From Selaginella moellendorffii (taxonomy: Eukaryota > Plantae > Lycopodiophyta): a DNA stretch of 64,000 nucleotides. The stretch is taken from the NCBI RefSeq assembly GCF_000143415.4, contig NW_003314262.1:5951531-6015530 (forward strand), given 5' to 3'. Shown in pieces: positions 1 to 13,800 of this stretch. How positions within the stretch are numbered: the first letter of the stretch is position 1; each line of letters opens with the position of its first letter. The translations under genes were made by a program, and so were the position numbers. A model generated the notes under the pieces. That model saw only the letters and a list, made by a program, of their open reading frames with translations. It had not been told where the DNA came from and made no database searches.

Positions 1-329
1 AGTGTTAGACTTGATTCAAGTAAGATCTATAAAAGATTACAGAGAAAAGATTTGACATTATTAAAAGCAAGGAGAAGCTACTACCATAGTCAAAGCCACA
101 AGAGCATCTTTCTCAGGAACTTCTGTGTCTATTTTAAACATAGTGGGCAAAACCATTGTCATCAATGATGACAAGATGATGTGCAATTCCTTATGGAGAT
201 CAAGATTGAGAAACAAGAAGATCTTTCAATAATTTCCTTTATCAAATAGATAAAAGGTCAATATAGATTGAGGCAGATGCTAAACTACAACCAAACTAAG
301 TGGGAGTTGAGCCTTCAATACAATAGGTA

Positions 330-2700
330 TATTGCTTAGCTACTAGTAGTAGGACTGCCAACCTCAAGCATGGTAGGAATCGAGGATGCTTTGGATGGAC
401 ACTGTTGGACATGGGCCAAGAAGTCAATAACAAAGTTTCTAAGGGCAGGGTTCCATGTGTCCCCCTAGGGGAAGTTTTTCAAGGGGGGGAATTTTTAACC
501 CCTTGTTCCATGTACCCCACCAGTGACATGGCAATAGAATTGGGGGGAAGGGGGGAACCCGGTGTCCCCTTTGAAAATTTCTCCCAGTGCCTGGAACCTG
601 GTAGAACACATCAATAAAATAGTGCCACGTATAAAAATAGTAATCATTTCTTAGAAAAGACAAAAAGAATTTAGTTGAGTTGGCAAAAATTATATTAATG
701 ACATGGCATTTTAAGGGTGGGTTACATGTAACCTTAAAATATTACAAGGGGGAGTTTTTTTTTCCAGGGTGGAGAAATTTCCAAGTGGGGGACGCATGGA
801 ACCCCACCCTAAGATACGTGATAGCTTCATGATGTGCAAGCACAATGTCTTATGATAATTCCTTTTGCAATTTCTACCAGACTACCAAGTAAACAAACAC
901 ACAAGACTGGACAAAAATAATTGCCACAACCTTACCCAAAGATGTAAGAGTTCGCAAGTACATGCAAGAGACCACATGCAAAAGAATGGGTGAAACAAAG
1001 CCATTGAAGTGCTTATATTGTAAATAAAATTTGATTTGTTTAGAAACATATAGCTACAAAATGTACTACTAGCGGCCTCACAACACCAAGTACATGAGGC
1101 TGGTTATACACTGTGGGTACTATGAACATGATGTTCCATTAGGGAGAAGTAAACAAGATCATGAGGAACTTCAAGCAATGATCAAGGAGCAGTCAAAAAA
1201 AATGAAATGCTCAAGATCGATCACACATTTGATCATGAAGGATGTTATGGTGAAGGAGCTTTTCTCAAACCCAAATGATAGCTATAAACATTTGACTGAG
1301 AATGAGCTCAAAGATCTATTCAACTACATAAGAGACATTAGAGATGATAAAAGGTACTTAAGATTGAATTGCTTCTAATGATTTCTATACTTATTGACAA
1401 TATTGTGTACATAGGCTGAGATGTTAGGTCTATAAGGTTCAAAGTAAACTATGACTAAGTAAGGATGAGTTTAGTAGCATTCACTACTTGGCACAACACA
1501 TAAAAATCAATTTCTTCCAAGGATCTTTATTTTCATTTCAAGTAAATGATGAAGCAAAGTAGTGTTGTCATGTGATGAAAATGCCAACCAAAAGACCTAG
1601 TAGTGGTGTGAATCTTGTCTACAGGATGCAACAAGGAGGAGACTTCCACAACTCTTGGGTACACTTTGACTTTAATAATTGTGTTAAAGGGTGTGTAACT
1701 ATAGGCACTTATGTATATGATCATAAGTAAGTTTTCATTATAACCATATGATTTCTCATTGATATTATATTACAAACTCTGAAAGTTGTTAACTCTTGCA
1801 ACATGTGAGTTCAAGCAAAAAGACTACTCCTCCCAAAAGTTGTTTTAAACACTACTAAACCGAGTTTACTATTGCTAGACATTCAATTCCATCTTTTCCA
1901 AGTACTAAACCTTCTTTACTGGCACAAGATAGGTTCAATTCCATCTTTTATAGGATTTATAGTAGATGAGGTAGAGGTTAATTGGAATGCTGTTCATGAT
2001 ATGTATTTTGGAGGCTCTCAATGTGCAGAAAAAGAACACATATGTATTCCACTGCATACAAAAAAATACATTGTGCAAAATTATCAACAAGAACACTTGG
2101 AAATTTGTCAGAGGTGGCAGATGGCAAGAATAGAGGAGGTTTGAAGAGTTTTTCCAATACATACAATACAAACTAAAAGAAGAAAGTGATAGATAAATAG
2201 ATAGATATTGCACATTTGGGCATGGGAATGGCTCAAAAAAGCCATGTAAATGCTAGGGTCTAGAAAAGCTGGGTTGGATGAGATGAAGTTGTAGTTCCTC
2301 TATCTGTAGGAATCTACCTATTAGTGTGGCCTTTGATGAATCATCTAGAAAGATGCATGTAGAAGTCTAGTTGTGGAAAGTCTAAATGCAATCACAAGCA
2401 TATAGGACGTTTTTGACACTATATGTTGAGACTGGACATTGAAAGTCACTATCAATGCCACACCACCAGCAACTATTCCCATTGTGCTAGCTGGAAGTGT
2501 CGTTTGACATCATGTACTTGGTGAGTGTTCTTCTAATCAATGGTGGAGTAGTATAGGCCCAATCATTCAAGATGTCATTACATCTTCTCAAAGCCAAGGA
2601 CAGTCTAAAAGTGACAAAGCTTGTGCTTAATGTCACCTACATTCAAAGGAAACACACACGTGTACAAATGAATAAACTTGGTACATGTTTCATCATGTGG
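330..2700 (+). pseudogene. Decayed Mutator-like (MULE) transposase, same broad family as the one at 48227-51460
   Basis: Fragments DALDGHCWTWAKKS (~385), RLVIHCGYYEHDV (1097), FDFNNCVKGCVTIGTYVYDH (~1665-1725) and GFIVDEVEVNWNAVHDMYFGG (~1953) parallel DVHNWCKIKT, RVAMHVGTHMHP, FDHMKRVSGWTTIGAHVYNP and GFMVDG.GAN*NGIRVVFG of the later copy. Many stops; boundaries approximate. Confidence 0.7.
443..809. mobile_element. Tourist/PIF-Harbinger-like MITE inserted in the decayed transposase
   Basis: TIRs GGGCAGGGTTCCATGTGTCCCCC and GGGGGACGCATGGAACCCCACCC; TAA duplicated at 440-442 and 810-812; no coding capacity. Confidence 0.85.
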
Positions 2701-5700
2701 CATTCAGCAACACTAAGTTCTCAATCCTAGTGTCTCAAGGAAGCAAAACAAAAACTGCATGTTAGTTTCCTGAGATTTTTATCTTTTGCAATTTCATTTG
2801 AACTCTCTTTACAAAATCCATATAAAGAATTTATTGTGCTTTGAGTCATAGCACTTTCCTTCTTTCCTACATGCTTCCAGGAAATACAAAACTTAGTCAG
2901 AAAATTCCATCCATGTAAGTATATGCTCTTGTTACAGTCTAAATCAGCCCAAAACAAAATTCTAGAGAACAAAATTATAACTAACACAAAAGTGTTTTTC
3001 CAAAGATAGATTATAAGAAATTAAACTAAAATCATTTTGAATAGTTAATATTTTTATAAATAAACATTTATTGATAGACCATATAATATCTTTTTTATTA
3101 TAGTATCATCACTTCGTAAAGCAAGGATGCAACCACTACCATAATTGTGCTTACTTCCAGCTCTCCATTTTAAATATTTTCTAGAGTATATAGATTAAAG
3201 GCATCCAACCTTTTACATATTTTACTAATCTAAATACTTATTTTAGAGGGAGGGTAGTGTTGGAGCCATGATCTTAAGGTGTTTGTAATCTCCATGAAGA
3301 AGATTGCTACCTCTTTGGGATTAATTGAGATGATTCCAGAGTGTAGTTAAACTTGATTGAGGTGGAAGTGTTCTTGAATAGGGGGCACCTATGTGTAGTG
3401 TGCTCTACTGTCTCCACATCTTCATAACACAATTCCAACTATAAAGTGTACATGATATCCACCAACATAGTAGGCAGCCAAGATCTTCCTGTATTTTCCC
3501 CAAAGGCCAATATAGCTCAATACCAATTTCCCATGTGATATTTATTGTATGTAGGTACTACTTATATATAATAGATTGGTCAGCTCCTTTCAGCCATGTT
3601 TTGAAGGCTTGTTCCATCCATGTTGTTGGGACATATACTATGTTTGCAGAGAAGAGTTTATGGAGGTCCATCCCTACTTACTTGAATCTTATGCCACCAC
3701 CAAAGGTGATGCTGGTCATCCAAGTTAATAGAGTCAAAGATGACATATTTTGCAAGTTTGTCATTATGGGGATACATGAGTAGTCACAAGACATACTGCA
3801 TAGTGTTTTTCCAGACTTGGAGCTGTACCAGCAAGATACCTAATTCCATATATAAGGCCATCCAAATTTTTTAAGGATGAAAATTTATGAGAGGAATTGT
3901 GGATAAACACACATTCAGATAAATATCCACTAATCCAATTCTGAAGAAAAACTTAAGGCAGCTTTACATACTCAAGCAAAACTTATGTTTTGGTGCAAAG
4001 AAAACTTATGTTTTGTATATCCCATATGTAGGGAATGTACAAGGCAATAAAGCTTTGGATTTGGTCCTGGTGATTACAAGACATGGAAAAGCTACTGTTG
4101 AAGTTGGGTGCTTGAAGAGTGTGATGGCTACACAAGGAAGCACCCAGGGCTTGAGATGGAGGAAATACTTGTTAATTAGCTCATTCATGTTCTAATGTTG
4201 CCTTGGTAGCCAAATGAAAAGGACATTCTCAAGCAGTTATTGTTCCAAGAGGGCCTGTGTTGAGGCTAGAGAAGAGCAACTTGTGTTCCACCAAGCTAGG
4301 ATGATCGTCACCCCTTGCCTCTAACCTCCAGTGCAATTTCCTTTAGTCCAGGAACTGGAATGCACATCCTTAAGAGTGTCCAGGACTTTGTATCCAAAGT
4401 TTGCAACCAGAGAAAACTTAAAGTGCTTGGTATCATCACTTGCACTTTTCCTTGATAGAACCAAGTGTGCCAGATTGTTGTTCTGCTGGAGTACAAAAGA
4501 GCTATCATAGGGCTTATAACATCTTGGGCCTTGATCATGAGGAGGTTCTTCACTTTCAGTTTTAGTCTATAACATAGAAAGTTGGAAGTTGGCACACTAT
4601 TTAAAAACAGTGTGCCAGAACTATAATGTTGTGAAGAATTGTTGCTGCTACAAAACAAAGCTCAACTCTTTTGAAGGCTGCTCATTATGACAACTTAGAA
4701 GACCACAATCTGCCAGAATGCTAATTGTGCATAGTTTCTATATACCACTTGGTGCATATGGTGAAAAGAGAAAAAAAAAAAACCAATTTTACAGTAGAAT
4801 GAAAGCAAGCACCCAGCTATAGGTACTCTCTCCAGCCCCAGCCTACAGCAACATGTATATTTAGAGTGACTAAGTCAAGTAAAAGATCTAAAGAGGAAAC
4901 ACAAATGTTTTCACTGTTGCTCCAATGTGAAGACAGTGGAGGAATGTATTCTCTTGGGAATAAGCAGCAAGTAAAAGTTTTTCAAGAAAAAAGGAGAAGG
5001 TTTTAAAACATCATGCATATAATAAGTTAGCATTATAATAACTCACATAATAATAATATGCTTGCACATTTATAAGGCTATATGATCTATGGACTTTTTT
5101 AGAGGTATCATATCTAATATAAGGCACATGGTTTTTACCCATTATCTTATAGTGATTTACTATAGGATAACCATGAAGCAGAACCTATACCTTCTATATG
5201 CCACATGTCCAAAGGACAGTGGTATAGAAACCGAGTTTCAAGGCCTTAGGCCATAGAATGAAGGAACAGAGCCAAACTCCTAAGCATGGAGCGAAGGAGT
5301 GATGGAACTNNNNNNNNNNNNNNNNNNNNNNNNNNNNNNNNNNNNNNNNNNNNNNNNNNNNNNNNNNNNNNNNNNNNNNNNNNNNNNNNNNNNNNNNNNN
5401 NNNNNNNNNTCAACTATGTATAACTTCCCCCTATCCTTTTTATACATTGGGAACCCCACCCCTAAACCCTTAACCCTTTAAACTCCCCCCCCCCCCCCCC
5501 CAAGCACCCTAGACAAGCTTGAAACTTACTAAATATGGAATGTCTCTAGATTGTGAATTTGGACAAGGGACGAACACCATTGTGTTTAGGACAATCTCTA
5601 CATTCTATAGATATACCAAATAAACAAATCTAGACACTTTAGCATTTAGGACCAGAATAAGACTAATATAAAGGGCATAATAGCGAAGGTGTTTGGCGGA

Positions 5701-8399
5701 CACAATAAATTATCATCTAGCGAATATTGAGGGACCAAGTTTAATATCGTGGGGGTTCTTGATACTAGCAAGTGCAAGCTAATGACAAGAGTTTCTCAAA
5801 CTGGGTTGAGTATGCTTAGAAAGAAACACATAGGGTTTTTATCTTATGTTTCTCTGATTTAAATGCACGATCATTGACTAGTTTCTCAACTAGCTCAAGT
5901 GGGAATTGATAACAAGTTTAGCAATACCGACTTCCTGCTGCCATGGCAGTAAGGAAAGAATATCCGAAAGGACTAGCTGACAGATAACTTTTGATACCCG
6001 AAGTCACATTCAATACTCCAGTCTAAACCACCGGCAAGGAAACAACTCTAGAAAAAGTTTATGGTGATTACACTATGTGAGAAATACACCAACTTAAATG
6101 AGTTAGGGTAACCTCTTTGTTTAATGCAGATGCACTACCAACTCAGACACCTTCCCGCCATTGCCGACAAGGAAATGACAATGGAGTTAGCCACCCTTGC
6201 TACTTTGGGTGTCATCTAGCTTATAAAAGTATGATATGCCCCTGCTTGCAGAGACATAGAAAGAGAAGCCAAAGGCACCAACCCTCATAAGTAAAGAAAC
6301 CAAACCTATCAGTAAGGTTTAGATAGACTATTATAAATAGGAAATTATAGTTGTTTATATGGTCACACCCTTTTAACAGAATAAGGAACATCAACAAAGA
6401 GGTGGGTGATATGACCAGTCGACAATAGTTACCCCATGACTAGAGATTTCACTATGCACATAAAGTGTCGAAGCCAGCCTGCCTATACTAGCCCAAACTC
6501 AAAGATCAATAGATGGATAATATTAAAGTCATAAACAATTATATCTTATAAACTTAATTATTAGTGAATAAATCTTAGATTAAAACACAAAAGTATTCCA
6601 AATAAATTATCATCCAATAAACAAGAATTATAGTATAGGAACCACCAAGATTACTATAGTTGGAAAACATAGGATTTACTATCCAACAAAATTTAATAAC
6701 CAATGTATCATTAATAAAAATCAATGATAAAACTTAATTATCAAAGATTTCAGATAGCATGCTAAAGAACTTACAAAAAACAATTAAAAGAATACAAAGT
6801 ATTATCAACTTGGTAAGAAAAATGCTCATGAATGTATTGCCTAAAAGAAATAACATCCAACTTATCAAAGAAGCAATTATAATGATAGTCAATAGAATAG
6901 AATGAATATTGCAAAACAAACAAACACTCATTTATGTCAACTATCTCACTAGTCAATTTGAATAGATCCCGGTCAACAATACAAAGGAACTCAAGTTACT
7001 TAAACAAGTATCAACAACATTCTACTAATGTCTAAACCTAAGAGTGTTAACAGATCAACTGACAAACCATAGCAAGTGAATTTTATAACCCTTTCCAACA
7101 CCTTATACATAAACTCTCAAGGAAACAATGTACTAACTCAAGCTTAACGTAATGGACCACCATCGAGAATCTAGTCAAAGCTACTACAATGCTATTATAT
7201 GTAAGTAGATTAGCTTCTCCATCAATTAGTTTGGGGTTGATCATCATTTAACCAAGTAACTTCATAAACACATTGCTCACTATCACATGGATATGATATA
7301 AAAATCATAATGATTTAATCATCAATTGAGCAATACCATAAGCAATGCTCATATCACTATTATAAAGGTTTATATGAATATCAAATGCTAACTCGATTTG
7401 ACAAAATACAACATAAATGCCACACTCCACTAATAGAGATTTATGACACTTAACACTATTAATTTTTGTTCACAACATGGACAAGCTCATGCCACCCTCT
7501 TTCTGACCAAACTCAAAACTAATCTAACACCAAAGTACTCAAGGAGCAATAGCAAGGTTCCCTAGAAAAGAATTAAGCATTGCAACCCAAGTCTTCCAAT
7601 AGCAAGCCTAGACAAAATGGTATAGCATTTCACCACTATCCATCCCACAACTCATCACTTGTAAGACCATCATAACCAACATGCATCAAGTTAGAAACTC
7701 TTGATTGCATGATGTGAACATGAACAATGAGTCACATCTCATTGTAAATCATCTCTCAAAAAAGAAAAAGTGATTTATGTGTTTGATCCTCCATCCCTGA
7801 TGACTCTCTTGTCGGTCTCATCTTTGACTAAATGTTAAACTTGTGTTCGCCCTACTTTCAGTCCAATCCAAAAATTTTTTTTATGAAAGAGCACGGCAAT
7901 GACTACTAGAACCAATAGACTAATACCTATAGTCTTAATTGTTCCACTTATAATCATGCCTAAGAAGGATCCACTAGTACCGTACTAAATAGTTACAGAC
8001 CAACCTATTTGCCACTCATAGGGAAGGTTTACTTTTTACTCATGGTACATGGAACAAAATGTCTTCCTCTCCAAATTCGGTTTAGAAATTGTCATAGGAA
8101 GAAAATGAAAGGTGGTCTAAATCTGATTGATTAGAACCACTAATAGACTAACATTAATCCTACCAACTCAAAGTGTAACCTTGATTGTCATTCATAAGCC
8201 CAAGTGCAAACTCATGCACACGGAACATCTCCATCCATTTTATGAGCCAAGAATAAGCTCACATAATACGGTATAAAAAGGTAACTGTAATTTATACCCA
8301 AGGAACGATTGTAAAGCCTTTGCACCCAAATGTGTACCCACTCAGATCATTATTTTCATCTTTGCGTATGTAACAATACTAGTTGCCCAATCTCATTGG

Positions 8400-9038
8400 T
8401 GTGAGACACAAAATCCCTAGGCCCCAAAGTGGAGCCGGAAGGGTGCCATATGGTAGTGGCCGAAGCGAAACCCAAACGAGCGTAACACGTTTGGACTAAA
8501 AGCTCCGACTTGATAGGTCAAGAGTGGGAGTGGAACTCTCAACAAAGTGCTCGAGGAATGAGCATGAAGCGAGCAATAAGCGAGGCTCTAAAAAGGGACC
8601 CAAAAAAGACTAACACATGACACGTGGAAGAGTCCGAGATGGACCTGAGATGGAGTCCAAGATGGAGTTCGAGATGGACCCGAGATGGAGTCCGAGATGG
8701 AGTTTGAGATGGAGTCCGAGATGGACCCAAGATGGAGTCCGAGATGGAGTCCAAGATGGACCTGAGATGGAGTCCGAGACGGAGTCTGAGATGGACCCGA
8801 GATGGAGTCCGAGACGGAGTCAGAGATGGACCCGAGATGGAGTCTGAGATGGACCGAGACAGAGTCCGAGATGGACCCGAGATGGAGTCCGAGATGGAGT
8901 CCAAGATGGACCAAGACAGAGTCCAAGATGGAGTCCGAGGTCGAGACCGAGACTGGGACCGAGACCGGGACCGAGACCGAGACTGAGACCGAGACCAAGA
9001 CCGGGACCGAGATCGAGACCGAGGCCAAGGCCGAGCCT

Positions 9039-9086
<48 letters not shown>

Positions 9087-10132
9087 AAGCTCGATCCCGA
9101 GCCCGAGTCCGAGTCCGAGTCCGAGTTCGAGTCTGAGAGGGTGAAAGCCCAAAGCATTCGTCTCCCAGACCTTGGGGGGTTTGGTGAGCTCCAAAAGTAT
9201 AGTAAGGGGGAGGACTACAGTGGAGCCAGTTTGGCCAGGAAAGGCCAGTTTGGCCCAAGAAGGCCAAACCCAGTGTTGGGTGATGAACTAACCACTGGGA
9301 AGTCCAAGACTAGAGTGAATACGGACCGACAGCGGGGTAGCTTGGTGAAGTGTTCGAGAGCTGGCTCTAGTTCCCTTGGGAGATCGACTGGCCGATACTC
9401 CCAGTCCAAGTGTGAGTGGCACTACCTACTTGGATACTTGGTGTGGCTCAATGGAACCTCGCTCTAAGCCCATAGCTAGAGCACCTAAAGGCAGAAGGTG
9501 GGGAGAGTACCCACGGGGCTCGCGTAGGGCCACGGTGTTCCGAAATGTTGTCCCGAAGTCCCAAATGGGGGAAAGGAAGAGGAGAAATCCTCTAATGTAG
9601 TGACTATGGATACGGTCACATGGTGAGGAAGTCCCAGAGGACCAAGGGACTTAGTGGTCGGGCTTGAGGGCCTTGATCCAGTGGCAGTGTTGGTGAACAC
9701 GGCCATGGACAAAAGGGGACTTGGTGGGGACTGGAAAAGGGATATTGGGGAAGGCTAATCCTCATGTCTGTGGGCATTCTAAGGATGCTAAGGAGGGGAT
9801 CAGGGATGATCACTCATGGATGGATGGCCCAGTCTTTGAGAGAGGGGACTGTGATGTAGGTGGTGTTAGACCACCGGTGTGACCAAGGTGAAGGGGCATG
9901 GCCTTAGCGTAATAGGCTGATATGTCGATGGTACCTTGGGGTGTTGGTCTTGGGATTGGACATGTGGAGCACTTGGACCAAGTGCAAAGGTTGAGTGGCA
10001 TGGATGCCATTCTCGGGGCTAGCAAGCCCCAAGTCCTAAATGGGACTTATGGAGGTTGTGATTGAGACTCCTCCAAGTGGTTGAAGGTGCGGTTAAGTGA
10101 CTAAAGTAGAATGGAAAAATTAGTCGCTTACA
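8400..10132 (+). mobile_element. Solo LTR, family B (~1.7 kb)
   Basis: TG...CA ends; perfect TSD ATTGG (8395-8399 and 10133-10137); empty site visible in the paralogous sequence at ~13870; closely similar to 17618-19309. Confidence 0.92.
8628..9135. repeat. Tandem arrays inside LTR B: (GAGATGGAGTCC/GAGATGGACCC)n, (GAGACC)n, (GAGCCC)n, (GAGTCC)n
   Basis: Directly visible; these produce the low-complexity ORFs at 8539-9467. Confidence 0.95.
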
Positions 10133-10679
10133 ATTGGATAGTGCTTATTGAGATGTATCCTCTGATATCAAATGTAGCACACATGGTTTTCACCCTTTAT
10201 CCTATCGTGATTTACCATAGGATAACCACGAAATGGAACCTAAACCCTCTATGTGCCACGTGTCATATGCCACGTGTCCAAAGGATAGTGATGTAGAACA
10301 AGTTTTAGGGCCTTTGGCTACTGAACGAAGGAATAGAGCCAAACTTCTAAACATGGAGCCAAGGAATGACACAACTAGACCATGGAGCAACTCTTGAGTA
10401 TACAGCCCAAATAGTAAAGGGACAGGAGCACAAAGCGACTTGAAACAGTTCTAGAGTATCCAACATCCCACTACTAGGACCAATACACAAAATAGAGCCA
10501 AATGGAGTCTGGTGCTATTTTAGCACACCAGTGGCCTAATGCAAGGATATGGGTACTCTATCAACTAGTATGGTATGGAACTTGGGCTTAGACCCAAATC
10601 AGACGCAGAACAAGGATAGACATACAAGTGGGAGATAGACTATGCTTCAGGTTGGTTGGCAATGCTTAATCTACCCACT

Positions 10680-10810
10680 TGTAAATCCCTAAATTTGGAT
10701 TTCTCGAGAGGTCACCCAGCCCAGTACTATTCAAACCCAAGGAGGCTTAACATCAAGTATCCCAAGACCCTCAAATGATTGGAAAATGGGGTGCACTATT
10801 ATTCATAGGC
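10680..10810 (-). mobile_element. Truncated Cassandra LTR fragment inside a family C LTR
   Basis: Reverse-complement match to the 5S-like LTR at 23924-24118 (gaggtcacccagcccagtactattcaaacccaagga). Confidence 0.8.
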
Positions 10811-13800
10811 TTTTTGGGCTTTCACCAGCCTCCTTTAATATTAGGAGTTAGTCTCTGGGACAAGCTCGAAACTTACTAAATATGGAATGTCTTTAGATTG
10901 CGAATTTGGACACAGGACAAACACCATTGTGTTCAGGACAATCTCTACATTCCGTAGATGTGCCAAATGAGCGAATCTAGACACTTTCCATAAATAGTAT
11001 TTAGGACCAAAATGAGACTAACACAAAGGGCATGATAACAAGGTTGTTTGGCAGACATGGTAAGCTATTATCCAGCAGTATTGAGGGATTAATCTCAATA
11101 CGTGAGGGTTCGTATCACTAGCCAATGCAAGACACAATGAGATGGGAACTCCTTACTAGGCTAAGTATGCTTAGTTACTAGCATATGGAATTCCGTCCTT
11201 ATGCTTGTCCGGTCTAAGTACACTTGAAATGCTCAGTTAACTCCACTAGCACAAGAGGGACTGATAAAGAGTCTAGCAATACCAACCTTTTGCTGTCGTG
11301 GCACTAAGGAAAGAGTGTTCATAAGGATTAGTTGACAGGTAACTTTTGATACCCGAAGTCACATTTGCGATAGTCTACAAGCAATCACTAGTTTCTAAGC
11401 AACTAACAATCACTCTTTCAACTTGCCTTCATACAATGCAAACACTAAACTCATACCATCAAGTCTTATACTTATCCAACATTAATGTAATACCTCAGGT
11501 ACAAGATATAAGCTCATGGACAAGCACGAACTAAATAACTACTCAAATCCAATTCAACCACAATAAGCTTACTAATGCATTTAGCCAACAACTTTGAGCA
11601 TGACTTGAAGAAGCTAGCTTTATATGATCAACACTTAGTCGAAACTAAAGTGAAAATCATGAAATAAACTCGTATTAGTTCACAACCTCCAATTAAACAA
11701 AGCTATAGTACGGGTACCAACATCTCAACCTTAAACAACTAAGTTGGATATTACCATCTTCAGTGCTAAGGTGCTGGGTTATCAAGACTAAGTCAAGATC
11801 AATGAGAGCTCACTACTCTCATAGGGTCTAATGAAATGCAAGGTATAATTTGCCACTAAGCACAATGCTATAAAAGAAAGGCATAATAGTCACTTTTTTA
11901 GAAAAGCACAACAATCACTTTTTTACACCAACCCCAGACTCTATATAACTCAATTGCCTTAACCCCAAAAGTCAGCATCTCTTTTGGATCACATCATACA
12001 AATTATCTACTTCTTGTGTCCCTTTTTAAAGACTTATTCATTGATTTTTTCGTACTCATCTCTCGAACACTTCATTTGTCAAAGTAGAGGCCTATAAATT
12101 TTACTAGATAAGATCAAAAAAGCAAAAAAAATTAAGTGTGTACAACCTTGGATGGAAAGGGATTTGGTGGGGACCAAAAAAAAGATATTGAGGAAGGGTG
12201 GTTTTTGAAAAAAGTGATCAACAGAGCCATTGAAAAAGTCTAAGAAAATTTATGGAAATCTTCCATCCTAGAGAAAAAATGACTCTAAGTCTAAAAATAC
12301 AAACTTTCAAGACTCAACTAACTTCCTTCTATTAACAACTTTATATAGGTTCATCTCAACATAAATTCTCATGACCTAACAACATGCTTAAGCATTGCCC
12401 ATATTTCTGACATCCAACACCAATATCCTCAAAATGCAAAATGAACATCCAAGGCTTGATCACGAAGACCACATCTTCGAATATTCACATTGCACTAACA
12501 CTCTTCAACCACTTTTAAGATCTAATGTGAAGCCAAAACACTAATAAGGAAAATGGTATAGAAAATTAAGGTTTAAGGAAAATTCTTCATCACTCAAAAT
12601 AACAATACCACTTCTATTAACACAAGTGCTAGTGATATTAATGCCTCAACTACACACCTTCTCCCTCTAACAATCTACTTAAAGTGCAAACTGATAAACT
12701 AATAAGTTATAGCAAGTGAATGTTATAACCCTTTTCAACACCTAATGGGCAAACTCTGTGCAAGTAGATTAGCTTCACTATCAACCACTTTGGGGTTAAT
12801 CATTATTTAACCAAGCAACTTCACAAACACATTGCTCATTATCACATGGATATGATATAAAAATCATAATGACTTGATCATCAATTGAGCAATATTACGA
12901 GCAAGCTCATATTATTACTTCAAAAGTTTACGTGAGTATCAAATACCAACTCTATTCGACAAAGTGTAACATAAATGCCACATTCTACCGATAAAGATTT
13001 ATAACACCTAACACCACCAATTTTTATTCACAACACAAATTAGCTCATGTCACTCTTTTTTTTTACTAAACTCAAAACTAATCTAACACCAACTTACTCA
13101 AGGAGCAATAGCAAGGTTCTATGGAAAAGAATTGAGCATTATAACCCAAGTTTTTAATAACAAACCTAGACAAAATGGTTTAGAGCTTCATTGCTATCCA
13201 TCCTATAACTCATTATTTGTAAGAGCATCATTTCTAACATGTATTAAGGTAGGGTCTTTTGATTGCATGATGTGAACACGAGCAATGAGTCACACTTTGT
13301 TACAAATCATTTCTCCAAGAAGAGAAAATGATTTATATGTTTGATCCTTCATCTCTAACAACTCTCTTTTCGGTCTCATCTTTGACTAAACCTCAATTTT
13401 GTGTTCACATTACCTTTAGTCCAATCCAAAAAAAGTTTATAAGAGAGTATGGCAATGATTACTTGAACCAATAGACTAATCCCTACAATCTTGATTGATC
13501 CACTTTTAATCATGCCTAGGAAAGATCCACTAATGCCATGCTAAACAACTATGGTTTAACCTATTTGCCACTCATAACAAACCCAAGGGAGGTTTACTTT
13601 TACCCATGGTACAAGAAACAACTCATAAAACCACCAATAAGCTAGCATTAATCTTGCTAACTCAAAGTGTAACTTTGAGTTGCTAATGTGCCTCACTCAC
13701 GAGCTCAATTTCAAACTCATGCAAACGAAATATAAACTCACATAGTATGGTACAAAAAGGTAACCCAATCCATATCAAAGAAACGAATGCGAAGCCTTTA

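Noticed and set aside
8628-8940. CRISPR-like appearance of the repeat arrays (also 52816-53191)
   Set aside because: No unique spacers and no cas genes; eukaryotic transposon context.
8539-9467. Long ORFs rich in RS, GS, EP and MESE (also at 17769-18538, 19364-19715 and 25978-26263)
   Set aside because: They are translations of hexamer and 12-mer arrays inside LTRs, open in several frames on both strands.
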